Source: Salpingoeca rosetta (Eukaryota; Protista; Choanoflagellata). From it: a stretch of 64,000 nt of DNA. How positions within the stretch are numbered: position 1 is the stretch's first letter; each line of letters starts with the position of its first letter. Location of the stretch: the NCBI GenBank assembly GCA_033442325.1, contig JAWQFM010000002.1, forward strand, positions 2,382,615-2,446,614, in the 5' to 3' direction. Of the stretch, positions 1 through 19,725 are shown piece after piece. The position numbers and the translations under genes were made by a program. Below the pieces are notes generated by a model. That model had not been told where the DNA came from, searched no databases, and saw only the letters and a program-made list of their open reading frames with translations.

Positions 1-263
1 TGGGAAAGGTGTTGGGGGGGGGCGAAGGGGAAAGCAAACACTCACACTCACACGTACACATGTCTTTACTCACTGACTCACTCACTAGCACTCACACTCA
101 CACTCGCACACATGTCTTTACTCACTGACTCACTCACTAGCACTCACACACACACACACACACTCACACACACACTCACTCACACACACACACACACACA
201 CACATCTTCACACACACACACACACACACACACATCTTCACACACACACACACACTCACTCAC

Positions 264-334
264 CCCGACACGACGACTGCCGTGTACAGGATGATGCGGG
301 ACACCACCCACGCCAGCCTTCCTCCTGTTTGCAT
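264..334 (-). CDS. Possible first exon of a gene running off the left edge (MQTGGRLAWVVSRIILYTAVVVSG, signal/TM-like)
   Basis: ATG at 334 on the minus strand, a hydrophobic peptide, then a GTGAGT donor at 263 and a (GT)n intron. No homology recognised. Confidence 0.35.
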
Positions 335-1480
335 GATGACCAGCAGCAGTGAGCATACGTGGATGCCACGACGTCGCAGATTACCACCACGATGTCAAGA
401 ATAGCCCAGAACAAAGACAGGAACAGCAGCAACACACAGTTGCTTGCTTTGAAGGCGCTGACATGTGACATGACATGACTCACGCATGAGTCACACATCA
501 CAGCCCACTCCAAACTTGTTCACCATCGCAACAACCCCAAATACAAACACAAACCACAACAACACAAACAGCAAACACGTGCTAAATACAAACACACACA
601 TCGAACAGGAAGCAACGAGGAAGCACACACCCCTCCCACGCTTCATGTAGCCACGCAGCAACACACACCCACACGCATTCTGCCAACACAACCCCCAAAC
701 GCTTGCAGCACGAACCGCTTCCGATCATGGTTTGCGACAGCACAAGAGACAAATACGCTGACGTCAGCACAATCAGTGGTGTCCTTTGTTGTTGCTGTTG
801 TGAGATTATTTTTGGCGTGCGTGCTGGTTCTTGCTTGCTCTTGCTTTTGCTTGCGTTTGTGTTTGTGTGTGTGCGTTCGTTCGCTGAGTCAGATTTTCTC
901 TGTTGTTTGTTACGCACACACACACAGTCAGCAGTGCTCGGTCGCCCGTTTCTTGCTCATTTCTTCCCGCACCCCACCACCAAGAAGAAGCAATTGTTCA
1001 CGCAACACGCATCTCGCCTCATCATATCTCTTTCTCTCTGCCACCGTGTCAGTTTCACCGCAGCGGCTGTTTGTGACACACTCTCTCACCCAAGTTGCAG
1101 CCAGTCAGCACGCTTGGCATTTCCCCTTGCTGTTCCTCTCCTCCCCTCTCCTCTCTCTTGCATCCTTTCCCGCCACACACTCGACGAGTGAACAAAACCG
1201 CCTTTGTTTTGTTTCTGCTGAGTCCCACTCTCCATTTGCCAACACACCTCCACATCAGCAGCAACAGCACCCACAAATAACCTCCACCGATCCCTCCTCC
1301 ACTTCCGAGGTTCGTTTTCGGAGAACAGACAAGGATTGAGCTCTCTCTCTCTCTCATTTTGATCGTCAGGACATCCACCACCAGAAACAACAACAACAAT
1401 CATCATTCGATAACAGCAACGCGGCGCGAAACAAAAGCACTCAGATACCCCGCCATATCCTCACATCAGGACAGCCCATC

Positions 1481-3604
1481 ATGAGGACAGACACGCCAGC
1501 CACAATGGCATCTATTGTTCGGCAACAGCACCTTCATCACCACCACCACCACCACCACCACCGCAACAGCCATTGCATGGTGGAGCCACCATGCAGTCCG
1601 TGCCCTGTTCCCGCCCCTTCCCCTGTGGCGGACAGCACGTTCAATTTTCCTTTTGAGCCAACGCAACAACAACAACAACAACAACAGCCACAGCTTTCGG
1701 TGGCGGCATCATCGTTTGATCAGTCTGCAGCTGCATCGACCGGCGCTGCCGCTCCCCCCGCGCCACAGCTGACGCCTCTCCCGCTCCCCCGCCTCGTCGA
1801 TCGCACCACAACGGAGGAGGTCGAGGCGCCAGAAGCCGCGGAAGAGGACGCCCTGCGCTCCCCCATTGCGCCCCCGCCCTGCTGCGGCAACTCCACGCCA
1901 CCAAGGAGCCAGGGCGCCAGCAGCGTGTTCACCTTCGACAACACCAGCGCCACCTACAACTACAACCACTACAACCACCACAACAACAACAACAACCACG
2001 ACGACGACAGCAGAAGCAACAGCAGCGCGGTTAGCGACATCTTTGATTTCGAGTTTGCTCCACCAGCCACCACCATGGAGTATTTCCACGCCTATGACTT
2101 TGACGATGGCTTGGAGTACAACGACTCTGGATCGGGCCTCAACCTCGACCTGGTGACCGGCTCCGCATCCCATCCCCAGCAGCACCAGCACCAACACCAG
2201 CACCACCAACACCAACACCAACACCAACACCAACACCAACACCAACACCAACCCTTTGTCATGGCAAGTGGCAATGTCACGGCACCAGCTGCTGCCACCG
2301 CCAACAGTAGCAACGACGCCGCCTTGATGCGTCAAGTGGGCGCCAAGCCGCCATCGCCAAACGCGCTGCCGCACTCGTTCCCGTTCTTCCCATCGCCCAA
2401 CGATGACCCGCTCGACGCCTGGGCTCTGCCGCCAACACCGCCACCATCTCTGACCCCGCATCAGCAACAGCAGCAGCAGCACGAGGAGGAGGCAGAGGTA
2501 GACAGCGCGCGCGCCCAGGATCGCCCGCGCTCCAACACGCCGCGCAGTGAGATGTCGGCGGCGACGTCGCCGTTCAACAATCTGCGGTCCGAGCCGCGGT
2601 CCCCCGAGCAGTTCAAGCCGGACGCGCACAGCTACGGGGCGGACGTTGCCGAGGCAAAGAACGCATACGCGCACTCCAGGGCGCTGTTCTGTGGCGCGTT
2701 CACGCCCACGCCGCCGGCACCGCCAGCGGAGATGCCGGTGACGTCGATGGCGACGAGCAAGGACGACGAGATGGACGCCATCCTGGAGGAGGGCGCGGAG
2801 CTGTTCTCTGGCCCGCTGCTGGCAACCCCAACACCGTCGTCGCCCGCAGCGGCGCATCTTGTGCACATGCAGTCGACAAGCATGTTTGAGCACCTGTCGA
2901 TTGCCGACAGCGGCAACAGCACCCCCAAGCGGCACAATCACGACCACGATGACGGTGATGGTGACGACGACGACGACGATGACTCCGACGGCGAGGACGA
3001 AGAGGAGGAAGAGGATGACGACACGCGCATCGGCAGCAAGTTTGCGCGGGCGAGCAAAGGCCGCCGCAGCACCAAGGGGTCGTCGCCAGCAGGCAAGAAG
3101 CTGACGGCGTCGGGGCGGGCGAGCAAGAAGGGCCGCAGCCCGCGCAGGGGCAACGCCTCTGGTCGCAGCAGCACCACCAGCACGGCCAGCAGCGGCAGCA
3201 CGAAGCGCGGCAAGAAGCGGGCGCTGCGTTCCAAGGCGGAGATCCGGGAGCAGGACAGCAGGTGGGACCCCGCGCTGATGACGTGCCCCATCCAGGACCT
3301 GCGGCGGTGGGTGAAGGAAAACAACCTGTCCAAGGAGGACGAGGACAACCTGAAGGACGCGCGCAGGCGGTACCAGGGGCGCACGCACAAGCGCCGCAGC
3401 CGCGCGGGCCTGACGGGGTCGAGCCAGCGACTGCAGGAGCTGCGGGAACAGGCCATTGACCTGAAGCGGCGCATTGCACAAGCAAAGGGCAACGTTGCCG
3501 AGCTCAAGCGCGAGTGGGAGCGGCTCAAGGCCATCTGCAAGCAGCACGGCGTGGACATTGACCGCCTTTGCCTCGACATGGACAAGGCCAAGACCACAAA
3601 CTAG
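1481..3604 (+). CDS. Intronless bZIP transcription factor, Maf/CNC-like extended homology region, 707 aa
   Basis: The C-terminal ALMTCPIQDLRRWVKENNLSKEDEDNLKDARRRYQGRTHKRRSR resembles Maf [41 protein letters not shown]. A heptad L/L/A/L/L zipper follows. The N-terminus has poly-H/Q/N and acidic-aromatic tracts. Confidence 0.8.
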   Translation: MRTDTPATMASIVRQQHLHHHHHHHHHRNSHCMVEPPCSPCPVPAPSPVADSTFNFPFEPTQQQQQQQQPQLSVAASSFDQSAAASTGAAAPPAPQLTPLPLPRLVDRTTTEEVEAPEAAEEDALRSPIAPPPCCGNSTPPRSQGASSVFTFDNTSATYNYNHYNHHNNNNNHDDDSRSNSSAVSDIFDFEFAPPATTMEYFHAYDFDDGLEYNDSGSGLNLDLVTGSASHPQQHQHQHQHHQHQHQHQHQHQHQHQPFVMASGNVTAPAAATANSSNDAALMRQVGAKPPSPNALPHSFPFFPSPNDDPLDAWALPPTPPPSLTPHQQQQQQHEEEAEVDSARAQDRPRSNTPRSEMSAATSPFNNLRSEPRSPEQFKPDAHSYGADVAEAKNAYAHSRALFCGAFTPTPPAPPAEMPVTSMATSKDDEMDAILEEGAELFSGPLLATPTPSSPAAAHLVHMQSTSMFEHLSIADSGNSTPKRHNHDHDDGDGDDDDDDDSDGEDEEEEEDDDTRIGSKFARASKGRRSTKGSSPAGKKLTASGRASKKGRSPRRGNASGRSSTTSTASSGSTKRGKKRALRSKAEIREQDSRWDPALMTCPIQDLRRWVKENNLSKEDEDNLKDARRRYQGRTHKRRSRAGLTGSSQRLQELREQAIDLKRRIAQAKGNVAELKREWERLKAICKQHGVDIDRLCLDMDKAKTTN

Positions 3605-4268
3605 GCAACTCGTTGCAGCAACGTGTGGCGCATGTTGAGGTGTTGGTGGTGGTGGTGGTGGTGTGCGCGACCTTTGTAGGCAACTGGCGTCTTTTTGGAA
3701 GCAGGGGCTGAGATGTTGTTGTTGTTGTTGTTGTTGTTGTTCTGCACCCGCTTCCAACCTGTTGATTTGATGTGACACCCTTTTCCCCATTTCTTCTTCT
3801 TTGTTTCTCTTGTCCACTGTGTCCACAGTGTGCCATCTTGCACCAGATAACCAGACATCATGCTTGCCTTTGCCTTTGCATTTGCCTTTGCATTTGCCTT
3901 TGCCTTGCTTTCGTGAAACCAGACATATGCACCCGTAACTGTACCGCTTCTATTGCCCCTTCTTTTTTCTGTCTCGTCTTGTGTCAATTCACGTTGTGAT
4001 GATGATGATGATGACACTTGCATCACATGTGCTCTCTCTTCGGGTGCCTGCCCTTTCCCTCCTTTTTTGGTTTTTCCCTCTTCCCCTCTTGTCCCTTCTT
4101 GTTCCTCCTCTTTGTCTGTTTCTGCTTGCATCGCCAAGCGGTGCTGGCCCTTCTTTGTAACATAAACACACATTGGCCTTGCGTGCCTCACGCAACCAAA
4201 TCCCAAACAACTACATGATCATGTCAGGACACGAGGGACGACAACATGCGAGTTGGGGGGGGGGGGAT

Positions 4269-10882
<6,614 letters not shown>

Positions 10883-10956
10883 TTTTGTTGTTGTCGTTGT
10901 TGTCGATGTTGTCGGTGATGACGATGAGAAATCGCAACGAACAACAACAGTGAACA

Positions 10957-11063
10957 ATGTCAACCACCGCGATGGAGCTGCGAGAGCAGTGTGAGCAGTG
11001 CCTGGCTGACCTCGCCCCAGCCCTGCAGGTGTGGCAACAGCCCTCTGTGTTTGTGTGTGTCTG

Positions 11064-11098
<35 letters not shown>

Positions 11099-12400
11099 GT
11101 GTGTGTGTGTGTCTGTCTGTCTGTCTATGTCTGTGTCTGTGTGTGTCTGTGTGTGTCTGTCCGTGTGTGTCTGTCTGTGTGCGCGCGCGAAAGCAACTCG
11201 CACTGTGGGGCAGTGTGCAACTCCGTCTCTATCTGCGTGCGTGATGTCGCCCTTACCCACTGCGATGGCAGGTGGACGATGAGAAGCTGACCGCGCTGGG
11301 ACACAAGCTGGCAGCAACGCCGGCTGCGCTTGAGCTTCATGCACCACGACTGCCGCTCACCTTTGGCAGCCGAGCTCAGGTTCGATCGTCTGTGGGCGCG
11401 TGCCTCGATTGCACTCCCGTGCTTTGTATTGAACAGGAAGGGTGACAGACAGACCCCCCCCCCATCTCCGTCCTCCCTCCCTGACGGCGGTCACCTCACC
11501 CACAACCGCGCGCCATCTCTTGCAGGAGATCAACTTCTACATCATCCTTGCGCTTGCAGACGATCCAACGTGTGCCTGGAGGGGGGATGCGGAGAAGCAC
11601 TTTGGTTGCTCCTATTCACACTTCTTGCTGAAGGGCTTCATGGCCATGTACATATCCGGTGTCGACTTTACCTCAGACGCCCTCTCCAACCTTGAGCTCT
11701 ACGACATCAGGTTCAATGTGTGTCTGTCCGTGTCTGTGTCTGTGTCTGTGTTTGTGTGTACCTGTGTGCATGTGGCTGTCTGTCTGTCTGTCTGCCTGTC
11801 TGCCTGTCTGTCTGTCTGTATGCCTGCATGCATCACAAGAGCCAGTGGCAGCGCATCACGCGACAATTGTCACTGCATCACACGTGCCGCCGACACCGCC
11901 CGCGCTTGCTTATGCCTGCTGTGTCGACTGACTGGCTAATGTCTCTGACACCCCCGTTTGCAGCTCCAACTTTGACATTCCACTCACGGGCGCAACGTCC
12001 AAGACTGTGATGCCGGGCGTGGAGCAGCTGCAAGACCACACCCTCAAGTGTGTATGTGAGTGAGTGAGAGTGTGTGTATGTGAGTGAGTGAGTGTGTGTG
12101 TGTCTGTGGCTGTCTGTGCATGTGTCTGCGCCTGTGTCTGTGGCAGTCTGTGCCTGTGTCTGTGTGAATACCCCACCTAACGACCCACCACCACGACGAT
12201 AATCACGACCAATCTGCAAGGCCGCTCGCCCAATCCCTGACGTCTCGGCTGCGTGCTATTGGCACTGCGGCTGCACATGCGCATCTGCGCTACCCCGGTG
12301 ATGCTGTTGTTGATCTGTTGGCACGACAGCCGAACGCCGCCCAGCCCATCGCCGCAGCCATCGCAGCCATCTTCCCGCAGCTCACAGATGAGGTTGCGCG

Positions 12401-12482
<82 letters not shown>

Positions 12483-12741
12483 GGCACTGAGGATCAACCT
12501 TGCTTCATTGCTCTCCGTTTGGAGACGCGTCCCCATTCAACCCAATCTCAGCACCACAACACCGCAACCGTCCTGACCATGTTGACACTGCCGTGACTGT
12601 CACGATGCAGGTGGCAATTGGTGCGCATCTGCTGTGGCTGCACACGAGCGCACATGCCGCCGCCGCCCGCCTTCATCTCTGCTTCCGCAAGGACGACGAC
12701 GCATGCAACTTTCACGACATTGACACCATCCCACCTCTCCC

Positions 12742-12825
<84 letters not shown>

Positions 12826-13250
12826 TTGTGTCTGTGTGTGTCTGTGTCTGTGTGTGTGTGTGTGTCTGCCTGCGTGCACGTCTGTCTGTCTGTCTGCAAT
12901 CTGGACCCTACTCACCACCAGCCAATGGCACTCACCATCATCATTCCACACAACCGCATCTGTTGCATTGCTGTTTGTCGTCGTGGCCATTGCTACTGCC
13001 AGAGTTGCCGCAATGGCCTGCTGTTACAAACTCCACGACCGACTCAAGGTCAGATGCACGCGCACTCATTCATTGCTATTTTGGCGTTCATCACACACGC
13101 ACACACGCGCACGTGCGTGCATTCCATCGACCCCACTCACACCCCGTTGCTGTGTGGTGTGTGTGTGTTCAGGCTGCTGGCGTGGAAGTTCCGCTGTTCC
13201 ACATTGCAACCGCTGTCTGCCGCCTCAAGGACACACATGACGACGCATAG
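10957..13250 (+). CDS. Divergent queuosine salvage protein (QNG1/C9orf64/DUF2419)-like, multi-exon
   Basis: Exons give [42 protein letters not shown]...LHLCF...FHDIDTIP and RVAAMAC. These resemble, from memory, the motif order of the DUF2419 family. The 3' exon phases do not join cleanly. Confidence 0.5.
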
Positions 13251-14078
13251 CACACGCACGCACACATGCACTCATTCATACACCCATACACTCATGCACA
13301 TGCGTGCGCACACGGAAAACCACACACACACACACACACACACACCTTATCAATGCAATAGTCAGTCTTGCTGTGAGACCTGTTGTTTTTAAAATGGTGT
13401 GAGCTGGGAGCACCCAAAGCCACAGCGTGCGAAATGCAATAAAGGACAACCACCACAGCTATTCATTTGCGTTCCATCGACAGACGTGACGTTAACGTGC
13501 ACACACGCACATGTGTGGACGCGTGTGGAAATAAGGAAAAACAAAAGGCTGTTGTGATTCGTGCATAGGTGCAATCGCGTTCACACCAAGCGCGCGCGCG
13601 TGTGTGTGTGTGTGTGTGTTTGGGGTTGGGGGTTGGAAGCAGAGGAGGCGACAGAATAATCAAGGGAGGAGGGGCGAGCGAAGGAAGAAAGCAACAAACC
13701 AAGCGCACAAGCAAGCAAAACGACTGTCAATGAAATCAACTCATTGTGTGTGTGTGTGTGTGTGCAAGACATGCGTGGTGGACGGCAACGTTGAGTATCA
13801 CATTTCGCCATTCACTGCGCACATGTCAAGGGAGAGCCGGCTCTCACATGAACACATGTGCAGCTGTGGCGATGATAGTGATGACAGTGACGAGAGTAGA
13901 GATGGTGATGGGCGGGCGTCATTCAACAGCCGCAAGGGGAACAAAAAGAAACGGTGAGAACATGGGATCAGGGGATGACATGCAACGCGTTGAAGAACAG
14001 AAAGGAAAAGTGAAGGTGGACGATCAGATCAACACACGTGCGCGCATGTTGTTGTGATCGTGCTGTTATCGCTGGCGG

Positions 14079-15992
14079 TCACGGGACTGTGTACGTTCCG
14101 GGGCTGTGGATGAAACGAAGAGTCGCCACACGCACATACACGAACATACACACACATACACACGCGCACATACGAGAGCAAGTCAGATTGGCGAAGCTGT
14201 GAACGATACACGTCCACGACAACACAAGCAAACACGAACGCACCATGGCATCACACCACAGCACGCACACACGCACACGCACACGCACACACACGCACAC
14301 ACACACACACGCACACACACACGCACACACGCACACGCACACGCGCACGCACACGCACACGCACACGCACACGCACACGCACACGCACACGCACACGCAC
14401 ACGCACACGCACACGCACACGCACACGCACACGCACACGCACACGCACACGCACACGCACACGCACACACCATGGGGTTGGGGTTGTCTTGGGCTTTGCG
14501 AGGACGGGACGTGGCGCGGTGGCGCCAAACGCGGGCTTGGCCTTTGATCCTGTTGTTGTCGGCGTCTTGTATGTGCTCAGAAATTTCTCAGGGCCGTCAA
14601 CACCATAGTGGCCCACGCTGGTGGATTGTGGATTGTGGGAGGTGGGGGTGAGAGGAAGCGTGAGATGGTGGCGGGTGTACTCGTGTGTTACTGTGTGTGT
14701 GTGTGACTGTGTGTGTGTGTGTGACTGTGTGTGTGTGTGTGTGTGTGTACCTCTGTGTGTTTGTGTGTGCTAACTGTGCGTGCCAACTCTGTGTGTGTGT
14801 GTGCGTGTGTGGGTGGGTTGGTGGGTGCGCGCGCAATTGTGTGTGTGCGTGTGTGTCGGCTTGGCTGTCTGTTGGTTGGTTGGTCCATCTGCGCGGCTCT
14901 GCCTGTGCAGTGCCAATAATACATCCACATGGGGGCACATTTGTGTCGTACCATGGGCTTGGCGGGGTGATGGTGGCCTTGAACCTGTCCTGCTGCGACC
15001 CAAAGGGCGACACCTTCTGCGAGGTCTGCGGTTTGTTCCACGACAACTCGTCCAGCCGCGCCGTGTGGTTCTGCAACACGCATGATGCGGCGTTAAGTGT
15101 GGAGATGGAGAAGCGTCATCATCACGCATCGAGGAACAAGGCCTCCATGACACATACGCACGAAAAGAGAGAGCTAGAGCAACGAAAGTACAACAGTGTC
15201 ACGCTCATGCACTGAACACACGCATACCCAAACTCACGCTCACACACACACACACACAAACAAACTCAAACACACACACGCACGCGCCCTTGCACCAACG
15301 AACCAGGAGCTCTCGATCAGCAATGTCCTCCTTGAGTGATTTGTTGACGGCGAAAGGATCGGGCCGCTTGCCCGTGGTGAGCGTGCCTGTAAAAAACACA
15401 AACACATACAAGCATGTGAGCTGTTGACTGTCATCATTCCACAATGAATCGCAAGCGAGTGCATTAACACACAACAGCAACGTGAAAAGAGCGTCCAAAC
15501 GCACCCGCACACTACACACACAACCATACACAAACAACCCCAGCAGACAACCCCGCTTCACGCAATCAAACATACACGCACGCACACACACACACCTCGC
15601 ACGCTCCTTGGCTTGGAGCCGACATCGTGGCCAAAAGTGTGCTGCTTCGGCGAGTACTTTGTAGGGTCCGTGAGCGGGCGAGCAGTGGACGCTTCCAAGC
15701 GCGATCCCGCTTTCTGTAGGGGCACACAAGCAACCAACACGGTAGGAGAGATCGGGTGTGTTGTTCAGACGAAGTGGTCAGATGGAGCCAAAGGCGACAT
15801 GTGGCGGCAGTGTTCGCGCGAGGGCGCGTGGGACGAGAACAGCCCAAGCAACAAATCTCACGACGCAACAACAACAACAACAACACAAGGTTGAGGTGGT
15901 CCACAACTCATTGCACGCACACCCACGTCAACAACGAAACGCACCGAATCGCGCGGGCTGGAGGAGCCGAATCCTGGGCGCGGGCTGGACAT
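14079..15992 (-). CDS. STPG/ODF3 (SHIPPO-repeat)-like ciliary microtubule-associated protein
   Basis: Exons alternate FGS/T..PR motifs (PGFGSSSPR, PFGSQQDRF, PAFGATAPR) with P-x-x-Y motifs (DPTKYSP, SPWYDT, VGHYGV). The last junction yields PCPGTYTVP-stop. Confidence 0.65.
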
Positions 15993-16463
15993 GGATGGTG
16001 TTGCTGGCAGTGCAAACGAGCGAGTGGCGCGAAAGCGGAGCGAGGTCAACGTGAATGAAGCACGCACAGAGATTGTCTTCTTTGGTGCTGATGAAGCAGC
16101 TGATCTATGACACAGAGGCGGCGGTGGGGAGGTCGTTGTTAGGATGAAGGTGGTTGTGGAAGGTGGTGGGTTTTGATGTGGTTGTGGCTTTGGTGGCTTT
16201 GGCCGTGGCTGTGGCTGTGGATGCCAACCCAACTCAACTCAAACGTGCGTGCGTCAGTGGTTGTTGTTGTTGTGCGATTCTTGCTTGCCTCTGGTTTCGG
16301 TGTTTTGCGCGCACTACGCCACTGCCCTTGAAACAACAACGGTGCCGAAACTGACAATGAATAATAACATGTTTGTTCTTGTTTTGGTGTTGGGTGCCGA
16401 CACCGACAGGCAAACCCATTCAAGGATACACAACCAGCCACCAACAGACAAACTTGGTGAGGA

Positions 16464-16865
16464 TGATGAGTGGGCCACTGCCGCCAACGACGACGACCAC
16501 AACAGTAACGACGACGACAACAACAGCGACAGCAGCCACCGCGATGGCACCGGCATTGGACCCCGTGGCTTTGCTCGAGGATGCGTTTGGTCATGTGAGT
16601 TGGAAGCTGGCTGTGTATGATTGTGATTTGTGTGTGAGTGTGTGTCTGTGTGTGTGTGTGTGTGTGTGTGTCTGTGTGTGAGTGTGTGTGTGCGCGCGCT
16701 CGCGTCTGTTTGATGTGAGCTGTACTCCACGGCGCAGGTCCCTTGCTGCCAGCTCACTGGCTTGTTTCGATCGTGTAGATCAGGGATAAGCGAGCAGGGG
16801 ACTGTGCAAATGCGTTTTCCATCCCACACGCCCGGCAGATTCTGCACTACCTCGACACCTACCCT

Positions 16866-16905
<40 letters not shown>

Positions 16906-16914
16906 CGTGTGTGC

Positions 16915-16955
<41 letters not shown>

Positions 16956-16977
16956 CGTGTGTGTGTGTGTGTGTGGC

Positions 16978-17020
<43 letters not shown>

Positions 17021-17386
17021 GTGTGTGTGCGTGGCTGTCTGTCTGTCTGTCTGTCTGTCTGTGGCTGTGCCTACCTGTGCCTATCTGTGTCTATCTGGCT
17101 TTCAATCTGTCTGCCTGTTCATGCGTATGCGTGCGTCCCTCTTTACAACTTTCTCCCCTCCGCTCCCCTCCTCTCCCTGTCGCTCCGTGTGCCACACACA
17201 CACACACGCTTCTTTCCTTCTTGCGACTGACATGAGACAAGTGCTTGCGTTGGTGGCGCCGTGCAGATGTGCTGTTGATGGGGCACACGAAGAAGCTGCG
17301 CAAGGTGGCGGAGACTTGCTTGGAATCTTCTTCACAACAAGACCTGCTCTCAGCGTTACTTGCAGCCGTAAGTCGTGTGTGTGTGC

Positions 17387-17463
<77 letters not shown>

Positions 17464-18366
17464 TTTTCTGTGTGCTTTTTCTGTGTGTGTGTGTGTGTGT
17501 GTTTCTGTCTCTCAACATGCTTTGCTGTCTCGATGTGCATGTTCAATGGTGCCCCACCGTTTTTCACAGGATGCAGTGAACATTGGAAACGGCGGCGCAA
17601 CCACCAATGCACGAACCCAAGTACAATCACGTACGTATGCAAGTGAGTGAGTCTGTCTGTCTGTGCCTGTCTGTCTGTGTCTGTCTGTGTCTGTCTTTCC
17701 TTGTGTCTGTCCATCTGTGTATGTGTGTGGCATCTTGCGTCCATGTGAGCGCAGACCTTTGCATGTGCCTTCTTGGGTGTGTTCCCTTGGCGCCTCCCTT
17801 GCCGCCATCGTCACTACTTCCATCATCACCAACATCATCGTCACCACCCATCCGTCTGGTGTGCTGTGCAGCCCAACACACCTCAACAGAGACGCCGGCG
17901 ATGCGCCGACAAGCGGCTGCAGACGCCATTCGACACACGTTGCAAGGTGTGCCCTTGACACATTGTTCTTCCGGCATCTGCCTGTGCATGTGTGTGTGCA
18001 TGTGTGTGTTTGTGCCTGCTGCTTGCGCTGACGTTCAGTTATTGCTTGTCGTGTTTCCCGCGCTTTTTTGAACAGGCACATCCCTGCACTCTCTCTCAGA
18101 TGCACTTCACGTGAGTGTGTGCATGTGCATGTGTGATGTGTGTGATGTGTGTGTATGTTCTTGTGCTTGTCTCGTGCACGCCTGTGTGGTGTGTGAGTGC
18201 CTTGCCTTGATCTTGTGTACCCCTTTACGTTGCCTTGATGCTACCTGCGTGTGCCATTGCCATGACCACGCCTGCAGACAACGACGTTGGAAGAAGCCGT
18301 GCGAATGCTGCGCCAACTCAACACGGCCGTGCTCGAAACAGCATCCATGTACGACTGCACACTTTT

Positions 18367-18453
<87 letters not shown>

Positions 18454-18768
18454 CAGTGCTCACTCTTCCACTCGTCGCACTGTTCTCCCTCTCACACATA
18501 CATACGCATACATACGCACTGCAGCTGCACGTTTGATCTCTTTGCTGTAGACAATCTCAAGCCGGGCCACCTGCGCAAACTGGAAAAGGCAGTGCGGTGC
18601 GTCGCATGCCACGCCCGTGATGCGAGCGAACCGAAATGGAAGAGATGAAGAGAAGAGAGAGGAGGGGTTGTTCACTTGCTTGTTTGTGCTTGCTTGTTTG
18701 TTTGCTTGTTTGTGCTTGTTTGCTTGTAGTACCCTGCTTCGAACTGAACAACTACGTCGCTCACCCTC

Positions 18769-18854
<86 letters not shown>

Positions 18855-19270
18855 ACAACAACAAACAACAAACAACAACATCCACATGCAAACATCATCA
18901 AACGCACACATCCACACGTGTGCACACGCACACACCCTCTTTGTGTTGCGCGTGTAGGATATCTCTGGATTGGCAGCTGGCGCAGAGCGTTGTGCATGAC
19001 AGTGGGAGCCGCTCCGCGACAACAAACACTGCCACCACAACCACAACCGCCACCACAACCACAACCACCGCCACCGCCACAGCAGCGACGACGAACCATG
19101 CGTCTGCGGGGATGGCAAACGCGTTTGCAGCAGCACCGCCGCCGCCACCACTTGCACCCATCGCCACATTGGCCACTACATCAGCCACAGCAGGGACAGC
19201 ACCAGGACACATGACAACTGCTGTCACGACAGCACCCTCGGCATCGTTATCGTCCTCCTTTGGGCCGTAA
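16464..19270 (+). CDS. Uncharacterised multi-exon protein with a possible SAM-like segment
   Basis: In-phase GT-AG exons 16464-16594, 16779-16866 and 17267-17367 give APALDPVALLEDAFGH|IRDKRAGDCANAFSIPHARQILHYLDTYPD|VLLMGHTKKLRK. Later exons give NLKPGHLRKLEKAVR|ISLDWQLAQ...SSFGP-stop. Some middle phases are unresolved. Confidence 0.5.
18768..18852 (+). repeat. (CAA)n trinucleotide microsatellite, intronic
   Basis: Direct reading of an uninterrupted caa run. Confidence 0.95.
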
Positions 19271-19410
19271 CATGAGGCATCAAGTGAGAGCGTGACATAC
19301 CCCTCTCTGCATTCACCCCGCCATTGCTTTCATTTGATCCGCTTTGGTTCGTTGTATTGTTGCGTCTGTGATGTTGAGCTGCTCATCGCTTTGCTGCCTG
19401 TCCTTGTCAT

Positions 19411-19460
<50 letters not shown>

Positions 19461-19643
19461 TGTCTGTCTGTCTGGCTGTGTGTCTGTGTCTGTCTGTGTG
19501 TGTCTGTGTCTGTGTCTGTGTCTGTGTCTGTGTGTCTGTGTCTGTGTCTGTCTGTGTGTTTGCGCTCTAACCGATCCATAAACGTTCGGAAACCTTCAAC
19601 ATTTGGCCAACGGTTGCAGCACGATGCAGACACACACACACCA

Positions 19644-19725
<82 letters not shown>

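Noticed and set aside
1709-3826. 705-aa antisense ORF over the bZIP gene
   Set aside because: Shadow ORF caused by GC3-rich codons; no recognisable motifs.
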